Shown here: positions 20,614-30,197 of the stretch, one piece after another
Numbering within the stretch: the first letter of the stretch is position 1
How the letters are laid out: every line of letters begins with the position of its first letter
Assembly (NCBI GenBank): GCA_963798485.1
Contig: CAWCTR010000007.1
Span: forward strand, 416,001 to 480,000
Direction: 5' to 3'
DNA from: an uncultured delta proteobacterium
GTDB taxonomy: Bacteria > Desulfobacterota > Desulfomonilia > UBA1062
Length of the DNA: 64,000 bases
Program-made: the position numbers and the translations under genes
Notes under the pieces: model-generated
Databases searched by the model: none
What the model was told of the DNA's origin: nothing
The model's input: only the letters and a program-made list of their open reading frames with translations

Positions 20614-21490
20614 TTACTGGATGCTGTAATCAAGGCGAACCGGCCGTATAAGGCCTAGGCCCTGAGAAAGATCTCCCCGTAGTGGCAACGGTGTAACGTT
20701 CCACGGGAGGATCTTTTTGAGCAGGTCCCAGATGCCTTCATGCGTTGTCAGGCCTGACGATACGAGGTTCACCGGTAATGTGCCCCTTCTTCTTTGCCTC
20801 ATCCATTGCATCTTCGAGCCCGCCGATCTTATCGACAAGCCCAACGGTGCATGCCTGCCTTCCGGTGAACACCCTGCCGTCCGCGAGTTGCCGTACCGTC
20901 TCTACCTTGAGCTTCCTGCCCGCGGATACCGCCTCGATGAACTGGAGATGCACATCATCCACCAGGGATTTGAAATAGGCTTTCTCACGGCCGGACATGG
21001 GTTTGAAAGGGGAGCCTGCATCCTTCAGGGTGCCTGCGGTTATGCTGTTGGGTGTCACCCCCAGCCTTTTAAGCCCCTCGCTGGCATCGAAGAATTCCAT
21101 GATTACGCCGATACTGCCGGTCATGGTCCCGGGCAGGGCATAAATGGTATCACAGGCGCATGCAATGTAATAGGCACCTGAGGCACCCAACGCACCGAAC
21201 GATGCGATAACGGGCTTTTTCTTTTTCAGCTTTAAGAGCGCGCCGTAGATCTCCTGGGAGGGACCTACCTTGCCGCCGGGACTATCGAGGCGCACAACGA
21301 CCGCCTTGATATTATCATCATCACTAAACGCTTTGATGGTATCCAGATAGGGCATCGATTCGGTGATGATACCATCCACCTCGATCATGCCGATGGCAGG
21401 TTTCATTGATGTCCTGAGGGCATCGAACCCCCAGGCTGCTGCACCTATGGCAATCAGGAGAGAGAGTATCCATTTGGTTCTTCGTTTCAT
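20614..21490 (-). CDS. sppA: Signal peptide peptidase SppA (36K type); frameshift near 20750
   Basis: RLDSPGG, GASGAYY, TGSIGV, DGRVFTG. The ORF stops at 20738 but continues in another frame to TAA at 20614, next to the guaB RBS. Confidence 0.9.
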
Positions 21491-21638
21491 GGCGTTAGCG
21501 GTTTCGAACTCCGGGTTTAAAACACCTGTCGCAGTAAAACTATACCTGCCTAAGCACTATATGGAATATCTTTTACCTTGTCTTAAGGGGATACTTCATT
21601 TACTGAGGTACCCCCAGTATTCCGACTACGGATGGAGC

Positions 21639-23423
21639 CTAACCCTTCTGTTTGGAATCCCGCAGGCCCTTGATCAGGTCTCCGAGGTTGGTGCCTACCT
21701 TATTGTCAGAGGGCTTGCTCTCCTGAACCGGGGCAGCCTTCCTGTGGTGCGCCTCATCAATGGCCTTGATGGAGAGTCCGATCTTCTTATTCTCAGGGCT
21801 GATCCTCAAGACCAAGGCCTCCACCTCCTGGCCTATTTCAAGCACTTCTGCGAGTGAATCTATCTTATCGCTGCTGACCTCGGAGATGTGGATCATGCCC
21901 TCAATGCCCGGCTTTATCTCGACAAAGGCGCCGAAATCGGTCAATGAGGTGATCTTTCCTTTAATGGTGCTGCCCACCGGGTGTTCGAGGGCTATCTGAT
22001 GCCATGGATCGGGCTGGAGCTGTTTGATGCCCAGCGAAAACTTTTCATTCTCAGGGTCAATGGCCAGGACCTTGGCAGTGATTACATCGCCCTTCTTGTA
22101 GAGATCCCGCGGGTTCTTGACCTTGGGGTCCCAGGTAAGATCGGACACATGGATAAGACCATCAACATCAATCGTGTCATCGATACTCACAAACAGCCCA
22201 AAGTCGGTAACATTCTTGACTGTTGCATCCACAACGGTGCCTTCGGGATAATACTCCTGGATCTGTTTCCAGGGATTGGGCATGGTCTGTTTCAGACCCA
22301 GCGAAATACGGCGCCCCGCCTGGTCCACACCCAGGACGACCACATCCACGGTCTGCCCTTCATCAAGCACCGAGGAGGGGTGTCTCATCCGTTTGGTCCA
22401 GAACATCTCGGAGATATGGACAAGCCCTTCGACCCCTTCTTCAACCTCTACGAATGCTCCATAATTGGTCACCGAGGTCACCTTGCCGGATATCTTCTTG
22501 CCAATCGGGTACCGGTATTCCAACCCCTCCCAGGGATCAGTCGTGAGCTGCTTGAGTCCCAGTGAGATCTTCTCGGTCGCAGGGTCGAATTCAAGAATCT
22601 TAACCTTGATCTCCCGGCCGGAAGCAACCTTTTCTTTGGGGTCCTTGAGCTTGCCCCAGGACATGTCGGTGATATGAAGGAGTCCATCGATACCGCCGAT
22701 ATCGACAAAGGCCCCGTAGCTCATAATATTCTTGACCCTGCCTGTTACCACGTCGCCCTTGGCCAAGGTCGTGAGTAACTGCTTCTTGCTCTCTTCCCGC
22801 TGCTTTTCCAGCACCTCGCGATGGCTGACTACAACATTGTTCTTTTTCCTGTTGAACTTGATGATGGCAACATCAATGGCCTGGCCTATCATCTTTTCAA
22901 GATCGGCCTCACTCACGGGATTGACCGTGGCCTGTGAGCTCGGCAGGAATGCGCCGAGGCCGATATCCACAATAAGACCGCCCTTGATCCTCTCGGTTAC
23001 CTTGCCCCTCAGGTACGTGTTATCCTGATATGCCTTAACGATATCATCCCAGATCTTCAGGCGCTTAGCCTTTTCTTTGCTCAGCTTGATAAAGCCCCTG
23101 GAAGCGTTTATACTCTCAACAAGAACCTCTACCTCCTGGCCGACTGCAGTGGTGATCTCACCATCATCACCGATGAACTCGCTTATGGGCGCCTGTCCGT
23201 CCATCTTTTTCCCGATATCGATCATGATATGGTCCGTGCTTATCTGGACAACCGTGCCCGTCACAACCGAACCCGGCGTGATGCGCTTGTCGAATGTTCC
23301 CTCATAAAGTGCCTCAAAATTGGTGCTCTCAGCCTCAAGACCAAGGGTCTTGGTTTCGACGAGATCCTCCTTTGTTGAAGCGGTGCTCTCCTGCTCATTT
23401 TTTGTTTCGTCTAAGCTATACAT
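21639..23423 (-). CDS. rpsA: 30S ribosomal protein S1
   Basis: Six S1 repeats (GAFVDIGGIDGLLHITDMSW and similar). Start moved to ATG 23423. Confidence 0.97.
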   Translation of the reverse strand: MYSLDETKNEQESTASTKEDLVETKTLGLEAESTNFEALYEGTFDKRITPGSVVTGTVVQISTDHIMIDIGKKMDGQAPISEFIGDDGEITTAVGQEVEVLVESINASRGFIKLSKEKAKRLKIWDDIVKAYQDNTYLRGKVTERIKGGLIVDIGLGAFLPSSQATVNPVSEADLEKMIGQAIDVAIIKFNRKKNNVVVSHREVLEKQREESKKQLLTTLAKGDVVTGRVKNIMSYGAFVDIGGIDGLLHITDMSWGKLKDPKEKVASGREIKVKILEFDPATEKISLGLKQLTTDPWEGLEYRYPIGKKISGKVTSVTNYGAFVEVEEGVEGLVHISEMFWTKRMRHPSSVLDEGQTVDVVVLGVDQAGRRISLGLKQTMPNPWKQIQEYYPEGTVVDATVKNVTDFGLFVSIDDTIDVDGLIHVSDLTWDPKVKNPRDLYKKGDVITAKVLAIDPENEKFSLGIKQLQPDPWHQIALEHPVGSTIKGKITSLTDFGAFVEIKPGIEGMIHISEVSSDKIDSLAEVLEIGQEVEALVLRISPENKKIGLSIKAIDEAHHRKAAPVQESKPSDNKVGTNLGDLIKGLRDSKQKG

Positions 23424-23525
23424 GGCTTCCTTCCCCCCATCCGTCGTTCCGTATTCCTGATTAAGTTGCGTTCCTATACAATAGAGACCGACAAAACACA
23501 AGGTCATAAAGGATGGGCTCTCTCT

Positions 23526-23948
23526 TTAGTCGAGCGGATTCTTCTTCTTGATTGAAGAGGGATCTTTGAGGGCCTTTTCAAGCTCGGAAAAGATGCTGCT
23601 CTTATCGCCCTTTTTTGCCAGGGACTGCTCGATCTCCTTAAGGCGCGACTCTTGCTTTGTCTTGAACTGGGAGATCTCTTCTTCCATTTTGGGCGCTTCT
23701 ATTGACCTTGGAAACTCCTCGATCTTCATATGATCCCGTATGGAGAACCTGGCTTCCCCCCCGCTTATGATGACATTTATGGCGCCGGTCTCCTCGAGCT
23801 TCCTTGAAATGCGGGAGAGTTCCTCTTCCGAGACCTGCAAAAGATCCTTCAGACCCTTCAGAGAGGGGGGCTGATGGCGGAGGTGTTCGAATAACCTGAT
23901 GGCAGCCACAAAAAGGTGTGCCTGGCTATAGATATCGCCTGGTAACAT
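23526..23948 (-). CDS. Hypothetical protein (possible winged helix)
   Basis: HLFVAAIR..EH...PPS and KKKNPLD ending; start uncertain. Confidence 0.65.
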   Translation of the reverse strand: MLPGDIYSQAHLFVAAIRLFEHLRHQPPSLKGLKDLLQVSEEELSRISRKLEETGAINVIISGGEARFSIRDHMKIEEFPRSIEAPKMEEEISQFKTKQESRLKEIEQSLAKKGDKSSIFSELEKALKDPSSIKKKNPLD

Positions 23949-24070
23949 AATAGTTACTGTAATCCAAAGGTTTACGTAATGCAATTGAGATTCAAGAATA
24001 TCCTTGACTTCTCCGATACAAGAAAACAAAGATAAGGTGCCTGAATTGTAGAAAATAAAGGAGGACCCCT

Positions 24071-25069
24071 TTGAAAAAACGCGCTCTAAGCATGATGGGC
24101 CTTTTTTTGTTTCTTGTCTTGATTAGTCCCTGCTCGGCAGATGAGATAAAGCACACCGTAGTTAAGGGAGACACCCTGTGGGACATCTCCATGAAATATT
24201 TGAAGACACCATGGAAATGGCCTCTTGTCTGGGCTAATAACCAAGACATCACCAACCCGCACCTTATTTATCCCGGTGATCTCGTAGTAATCACCAATGA
24301 TGGCGGGAAGACCATCATCAAGATCATACCTTCTCCTGAGCGGGGCGGCACCGAATCCAAAATGACGATCTATACCCCTGACGAAGCCGCAGCGGTTAAG
24401 GGAAAATCCATTTGGGTCTCTCCGCAATTCTCCACCTATATCTACAGCCCCAATATCCTGTCCGGATCCGGGACGATCGTAAAAAAGATCGAGGGTGGGG
24501 ACCTCGTCTCCCAGAACGATCATATCGTCCTTAAAACAACCTCGGAGTTGAAACCGAATCAGGCAATCACCATTGTCTCCAAGATCCAGGACATCAATAA
24601 TGGCGATCATCCGGGGGGCTACCTCTATAAGGCGGTTGCCACCGCAGTGGTTGAAGACGTACAGTCCGACATCGTCAAGGCCCGCGTCAGCTACTCTCTA
24701 CAGGAGGCAAAAGTTGGGGGCGTGATTTTCGATGACCTCGCCTCTGTCAAGCCCTTGATGCTGAGTGTATCCGAGCCAACCCTGAACGCACCGGCAAGGG
24801 TAATGGATTTCTATGGAGGCGTATCCGGCAGCAGCACCAACGACCTGGTCTTTATTGATGCCGGCAAAAACCAGGGTGTGGGTATTGGTTCAATCCTGAA
24901 CATAGCGAAGACCACCAAGTTCGAGGGTGATGATAAAAAGCTGGCTGTGTTCAATGAATCTATCGGCTTGGTGCTCGTCCTGCAAACCCTTGAGAATACC
25001 TCTATGGGCCTTTTGGTCGAATCCAAGGCACAAATAGAAAAAGGGGACGCCGTAACCGGTAAGAAATAA
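24071..25069 (+). CDS. LysM peptidoglycan-binding protein (TsaP-like)
   Basis: Signal peptide; HTVVKGDTLWDIS..YL..PWKWP..W..N..I.NPHLIYPGD. Confidence 0.85.
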   Translation: MKKRALSMMGLFLFLVLISPCSADEIKHTVVKGDTLWDISMKYLKTPWKWPLVWANNQDITNPHLIYPGDLVVITNDGGKTIIKIIPSPERGGTESKMTIYTPDEAAAVKGKSIWVSPQFSTYIYSPNILSGSGTIVKKIEGGDLVSQNDHIVLKTTSELKPNQAITIVSKIQDINNGDHPGGYLYKAVATAVVEDVQSDIVKARVSYSLQEAKVGGVIFDDLASVKPLMLSVSEPTLNAPARVMDFYGGVSGSSTNDLVFIDAGKNQGVGIGSILNIAKTTKFEGDDKKLAVFNESIGLVLVLQTLENTSMGLLVESKAQIEKGDAVTGKK

Positions 25070-25131
25070 CCGCCCAAGGGACTCCGAAGCGCATGTTCGA
25101 CATCCTCCCTGAAGGCTTTAGGTCAGGGTCT

Positions 25132-25464
25132 TCAGAACGGTACACTCCGGTAGGATAGAAGATTCTTCAGCCCTTTTTCATCGGTTTTCGTAAACATGAT
25201 AGCCATGCCTGTGCGGGTTTTCCAGATGACGCGGCCTTGCACCCAGATGACCTTACCGAATGCCTCGGCATCGAGACTGGCGATCACGTATCCGTCAACT
25301 TCAGGGGTATTCCCGGTCTGGACATACATACCACCTTTGCTGATATCATAGACACGGCCCATCTTATAGGCATGGTCATTATCGCGATATGCGACCTTCA
25401 TGTTCACCCTGACACGCTTATGTGTTCTCATTTCCGACATAGCCTTAAGCCTCTCCACAAACAT
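25132..25464 (-). CDS. PilZ domain protein
   Basis: RTHKR (RxxxR) and DISKGG (DxSxxG) c-di-GMP motifs. Confidence 0.85.
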   Translation of the reverse strand: MFVERLKAMSEMRTHKRVRVNMKVAYRDNDHAYKMGRVYDISKGGMYVQTGNTPEVDGYVIASLDAEAFGKVIWVQGRVIWKTRTGMAIMFTKTDEKGLKNLLSYRSVPF

Positions 25465-25658
25465 GAATCACCATTCAATCTTGAATCAATACAACCCGCG
25501 AAACGACTCGTTTGTGTTCCGGTCGATCATTATATTTTACCCCAATCTCTATCGGAAGTCTATACCCTTTCATTCACTAAATATCTTATAACCTCATCGT
25601 AATAGGGCAAGCCAACACTACGTTGACACCCCTGCTGCGATACGTTATAGATCAGGCC

Positions 25659-26189
25659 ATGAGAGTGCTCTATACCGCAGATGAGATTGCTGAGAAGGTC
25701 GCGGAGCTCGGAGAGAGAATCTCATTGGCATATCAGGGCAGTGAAGTATTAATCGTAGGGGTCTTAAAAGGCGGATTTATGTTCATGTCCGACCTGGTCC
25801 GCCGGATCAACCTCCCGGTAAAAATCGATTTTGCAAGGCTTTCCAGTTATGGTAATGCAGACAGCCCTATAGGGGATGTCATGATCGTGGACGATATCCA
25901 TGAAGCAATTACCGGCAAACATGTTTTAATTGTCGATGACATTATGGACACCGGACATAGCCTGCTCACATTTAAACAGCACCTTCTGGAAAAAGGACCG
26001 GCCTCGGTAAAGATCTGCACGATGATAGACAAGGCTGGACGGAGGGAAGCCTCCATATCGCCGGACTACTACGGTTTCCGCATCACCGAAGGGTTTGTCG
26101 TGGGTTACGGCTTGGATTTTGCAGAGAACTACCGGGCATTGCCGCAGTTGTACGTACTCGATGCCGAAGACAGGAGGAACCTCTTGTGA
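25659..26189 (+). CDS. hpt: Hypoxanthine phosphoribosyltransferase
   Basis: VLKGGFMFMSDL, VLIVDDIMDTG, FVVGYGLD. Confidence 0.95.
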   Translation: MRVLYTADEIAEKVAELGERISLAYQGSEVLIVGVLKGGFMFMSDLVRRINLPVKIDFARLSSYGNADSPIGDVMIVDDIHEAITGKHVLIVDDIMDTGHSLLTFKQHLLEKGPASVKICTMIDKAGRREASISPDYYGFRITEGFVVGYGLDFAENYRALPQLYVLDAEDRRNLL

Positions 26190-27112
26190 TCATCGTTAAT
26201 TGCCCCAGCTGTCACAGTAAATTCCGGTTTTCCGAGGAGGGACTTTCCCAGGGCACCCTTAAAATGCGCTGCAGTATTTGCCAGCATATATTTTCTTACA
26301 CCATTGAACCCGAGGTCTCCCTGGAAAAGGAATTCGACCTGCTTCTGAGCTCCACATCCGCAGACGATGCACCCGCAATAGCTGCTGAACCCCCTGCGGC
26401 ACCCGAAACTGTCTTTGAAGAGGCCTCTATGGAGATTATCGAGACCCCAGAAGGGGATATCCCTTCTGAGCCGGAACCGAAAGAATCACAAGCAGCCCCG
26501 GAATCAGTCATACGGGAAATCGACTCCATCCTAGGGACCGGTTCTCAAGCACCTGAAGAGGAAGAGGAACCAGCCCCCGAGGTGACCCCAAGAAAGAGCC
26601 CGCTGAAGATCGCGCTGCTTATTATCTGCCTTTTCGTGGTAGCATTATCCTCCTTGTGGTTGTTAAGGGACAAGATAGGATTCTTTTGGCAGGCAAAACC
26701 GGATATTGTCCAAACACCTATACAAAAGGGCCCATTCTTCACCATTGATGAACAGAAACTTATTTACGAGATGCTCACCCACGAGCAGGAGGGCAGCGTA
26801 CTGGTTATTAAGGGCAGTCTCAAAAAGATTTCAAAGAGACCTGTCGAATCCGTCATGGTGGAGGCCCGGGTGTATGACAGGGGCGGTAAACTTATCGAAT
26901 CCCGTCTCGCCTATGCAGGCATCGTCCCTGATACGAGCGAATTCACCAAACAACCTCAGAAGGATATCGACGCCCTTCTCACCTCTGACCCGTCTTCTCC
27001 CGGATCTACGCTTCCTGCCAACGACATCCCCTTTGCCGTGGCGTTTTTCGGGAAACCCGCCCAGGAGGGGTCATCGTTCCAGGTTGAAGTAAAGGATATT
27101 CGTTGGAAGTAA
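26186..27112 (+). CDS. MJ0042-type zinc-ribbon / DUF3426 membrane protein
   Basis: CPSC..KF...RCSIC, acidic Pro-rich linker, one TM, C-terminal periplasmic domain. Confidence 0.8.
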   Translation: MIIVNCPSCHSKFRFSEEGLSQGTLKMRCSICQHIFSYTIEPEVSLEKEFDLLLSSTSADDAPAIAAEPPAAPETVFEEASMEIIETPEGDIPSEPEPKESQAAPESVIREIDSILGTGSQAPEEEEEPAPEVTPRKSPLKIALLIICLFVVALSSLWLLRDKIGFFWQAKPDIVQTPIQKGPFFTIDEQKLIYEMLTHEQEGSVLVIKGSLKKISKRPVESVMVEARVYDRGGKLIESRLAYAGIVPDTSEFTKQPQKDIDALLTSDPSSPGSTLPANDIPFAVAFFGKPAQEGSSFQVEVKDIRWK

Positions 27113-28122
27113 AGGCCTTAGAACCAGCAACACGGTTAAAATACGGGGCAGCGCTCCTTTGTATCGTTTTCATCATCGGGACCTTGGGATTTCATTTCAT
27201 CGAAGCGTGGAACTATCTCGATGCCTTTTTCATGACACTCATCACCATCACCACCATCGGTTACCAGGAAATTCACCCCCTGACCGAGGCAGGCAAGGTC
27301 TTTGATATATTCCTCATCTTCTTAGGGGTTGGGTCTGCTGCATACGTGTTTGCATCCTTCACCAGGTTTATAGTAGAGGGTGAGATGCAACGTTATTTCG
27401 GGAGGCGACGGTTGGACAAGACAATCATGCGGATGAGCAATCATTACATCGTCTGCGGTAACGGAAGGATCGGGTCCCTCATCAGCCAGGAGCTCCTTCA
27501 CTCCAACAAGACATTCCTCGTGATCGATAAGGACCCTGTTGTCATTGAATATCTGGAACGCACAGGCGTCCCTCATATCCTAGGTGATGCATCCGATGAA
27601 GACATCCTTATGAAAAGCGGAATAAAGCGAGCAAAAGGCCTTATCGCCACTGCATCATCCGACATGACCAACGTCTACATCATCCTGATAGCCAAAGAAC
27701 TCAATCCCGATCTCTTTGTGCTTGCCCGGGCCGAGACAGAGGATTCCGTAAAGAACCTGAAACGGGCCGGGGCAAACAAGGTGGTCTCTCCCTACCTCAT
27801 CGGGGGCCGCCATATGGCGAACATCATCCTTAAACCTACCGTGGTGGACTTCATTGAACTTGCCTCAGGTGAAAAGACCGGGGACTTCATTATCCAGATG
27901 GAAGGGTTCAAGATCCGGGAAGACTCCCGCCTCGTGGGTAAGACGCTGAAAGACGCCCCCATCAGGAAGGACATCGGCCTTATCGTAGTTGCCGTCAGGG
28001 ATCATACCGGCAAAATGGTCTTCAATCCCGGCGCTGATCTTACCATCTCAGTGGATGACGTACTCGTCTGCATAGGTGACACCGAGTCACTCCGGTCCAT
28101 GAAGACCCTTGTAAACAGCTAG
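27103..28122 (+). CDS. Potassium channel with RCK (TrkA-N/C) domains
   Basis: Two TM helices with TITTIGY pore loop; HYIVCGNGRIG Rossmann motif; TrkA-C domain. Confidence 0.9.
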   Translation: MEVKALEPATRLKYGAALLCIVFIIGTLGFHFIEAWNYLDAFFMTLITITTIGYQEIHPLTEAGKVFDIFLIFLGVGSAAYVFASFTRFIVEGEMQRYFGRRRLDKTIMRMSNHYIVCGNGRIGSLISQELLHSNKTFLVIDKDPVVIEYLERTGVPHILGDASDEDILMKSGIKRAKGLIATASSDMTNVYIILIAKELNPDLFVLARAETEDSVKNLKRAGANKVVSPYLIGGRHMANIILKPTVVDFIELASGEKTGDFIIQMEGFKIREDSRLVGKTLKDAPIRKDIGLIVVAVRDHTGKMVFNPGADLTISVDDVLVCIGDTESLRSMKTLVNS

Positions 28123-28127
28123 AGGTC

Positions 28128-28541
28128 ATGCGGTTTTTAGGCCTGGATTATGGCAGCAAACGTATCGGTGTCGCCTTGAGCGACCCGGATGGGACTATGG
28201 CCTTTCCCATTGAAACCATACAGGTTAAGCCCGATGGATCACACCTTAAGGATATCAAGGCCCTTATCGATGCCTATCAGGTGGCTAAGCTCGTAGTGGG
28301 GCTGCCCTACAACATGGACGGAAGCCTCGGAGACAGGGCTCGGGAGGTTATGCGGTGGGGCGGACAGATCGAGGCGTTGCTGGGTATACCCGTTATCTTC
28401 TGGGACGAGCGACTTTCAACCTCAGAGGCCCATGACATGCTCATAGGGATCAATATCAAAGGCAGGAAACGGAAATCCATTGTGGACAAGATCGCTGCGA
28501 GCATTATCCTTAAGGGTTATCTGGATTCGGAGAATGCATGA
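28128..28541 (+). CDS. ruvX: Holliday junction resolvase-like / pre-16S rRNA nuclease YqgF
   Basis: LGLDYGSKRIGVALSD, WDERLST, VDKIAA. Confidence 0.95.
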   Translation: MRFLGLDYGSKRIGVALSDPDGTMAFPIETIQVKPDGSHLKDIKALIDAYQVAKLVVGLPYNMDGSLGDRAREVMRWGGQIEALLGIPVIFWDERLSTSEAHDMLIGINIKGRKRKSIVDKIAASIILKGYLDSENA

Positions 28542-29527
28542 GCACCCGTCTACGTATCTTCCTTATGGTGCTCCTGTGTCTTTTCGTCCTTGCCTTCATC
28601 CATACCTGCTCATTTCTTACAACACCCATTACTCCACCCAAACCTGTACGCCTTGATATCCTGCCAGGGCAGGGCGCCTGGGAGATTTCAAAGATTCTTC
28701 AGAAAACCGGCGTCATTGCACATGCGGGCACCTTCATTGCGATTGCCGCCCTCACGGGCAAGGCAAAACATATGCAGGCAGGGGCATATGTTTTCGAAGG
28801 CAATCACGTTCCCCTTGATATTATGAATATACTGTTCAGAGGCAAGACTCAACAGTACCGGATAACTATCCCTGAAGGATATACCATCTATCAGATCGGA
28901 GATGTTATATCAAAGACGGGCCTTCTCCCCAAGGATCGCTTCGTAACAAGTACCCGAAGCAAACAAACGACAGACTTTTTCGCTGTAAGAGCCCTATCCA
29001 TGGAAGGGTTCCTCTTTCCTGATACCTATTATCTGGCCCCGCATATGACACCTCTAGAGATCATGGCAAAGATGATCGAGAGGTTCAGGGGCGTATACAC
29101 CCCGTTAATGGAGCAGCGCTCAAAGGCCCTTGGCATGTCAAAACTCGAGGTAATAACCCTGGCATCGCTCATTGAGAAGGAGGCCTATACAACCTCGGAA
29201 AAGCCCCTGATCTCTTCCGTGTTTCACAACAGGATGATACTGGGTATGCGCCTGCAATCAGACCCGACCGCCGTCTATGACATTGATGGATTTACGGGCA
29301 AGGTCGGCCCGGATGATCTGCTCCGCGAAAGCCCATACAACACGTACCGTCATGGCGGTCTTCCTCCAGGCCCGATATGCAACCCCGGCCTTGACTCCAT
29401 AAAGGCCGCACTGTGGCCCGCCAAGACCGATTACCTCTACTTCGTCTCAAAAGGTGATGGGACACATGTGTTCTCACACACGCTTTACGAGCATAACCGG
29501 GCGATTTCAAACAACACAAAGAAATAG
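28538..29527 (+). CDS. mltG: Endolytic transglycosylase MltG
   Basis: TIPEG, EGFLFPDTY, LASLIEKE, LQSDPT, SPYNTY, GLPPGPICNPG. Confidence 0.95.
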   Translation: MSTRLRIFLMVLLCLFVLAFIHTCSFLTTPITPPKPVRLDILPGQGAWEISKILQKTGVIAHAGTFIAIAALTGKAKHMQAGAYVFEGNHVPLDIMNILFRGKTQQYRITIPEGYTIYQIGDVISKTGLLPKDRFVTSTRSKQTTDFFAVRALSMEGFLFPDTYYLAPHMTPLEIMAKMIERFRGVYTPLMEQRSKALGMSKLEVITLASLIEKEAYTTSEKPLISSVFHNRMILGMRLQSDPTAVYDIDGFTGKVGPDDLLRESPYNTYRHGGLPPGPICNPGLDSIKAALWPAKTDYLYFVSKGDGTHVFSHTLYEHNRAISNNTKK

Positions 29528-29582
29528 AAAATATCCCGGAATTCTCTAAAGTTGTGAGGCGTCCCTTTCGATAAGGGAAGGC

Positions 29583-30197
29583 ATGGCAAAAGTCAGTGCG
29601 GCCATTGTTGACGATGAAGACGAAATACTCGATCTTATCGAACAAATCCTGACTGAGGAAGGACTCAGGACAAGAAGGTTCCACAAGGCAGAGGAACTCC
29701 TTGAGATCGCAGAGAAGGAATCATTCGATATCATAATCTCCGATCTCATGCTTCCCGGTCTTACGGGCCTCGATCTCCTGGAGCGACTTCACAGGAAGGG
29801 TATTACTACGCCATTTGTCCTCATCACTGGGTATGCATCACTGGATACGGCCATAGAGGCGGTGAATCGGGGGGCCTTCTCATATATCAAGAAGCCTTTC
29901 AACATTGAAGAGATCCGCTTTGTGGTCAACCGGCTTAGGCAGAGACAGGATCTCCTGGAAGAAATTATACAGCTGAAGAGGCAAGTGGAATATTTGCAGT
30001 CGAAACTCTCAAAAGAGGTGGCCGACGAATTCCCGAACACAGCGCTGCCCCCGGTGATGACTGCATTGCAGGGCCCCAATGACATGAGCAAGGCCTTTTC
30101 AGCCATTGAATATCTCGGCAGGCTCAAGACCGATGGTCTTCTTACCGAAAGGGAATTCGGCGAATATAAGGGCCGCATATTGAAAAGGATAGCTTGA
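29583..30197 (+). CDS. Response regulator (REC, coiled coil, SHOCT-like tail)
   Basis: IVDDE, ISDLMLP, KPF; C-terminal L..LKTDGLLTEREF...K..IL. Confidence 0.85.
   Translation: MAKVSAAIVDDEDEILDLIEQILTEEGLRTRRFHKAEELLEIAEKESFDIIISDLMLPGLTGLDLLERLHRKGITTPFVLITGYASLDTAIEAVNRGAFSYIKKPFNIEEIRFVVNRLRQRQDLLEEIIQLKRQVEYLQSKLSKEVADEFPNTALPPVMTALQGPNDMSKAFSAIEYLGRLKTDGLLTEREFGEYKGRILKRIA

Noticed and set aside
27240-27280. TIGYQ instead of TVGYG in the K+ channel filter
   Set aside because: GYxE variants are common in prokaryotic 2TM-RCK channels.
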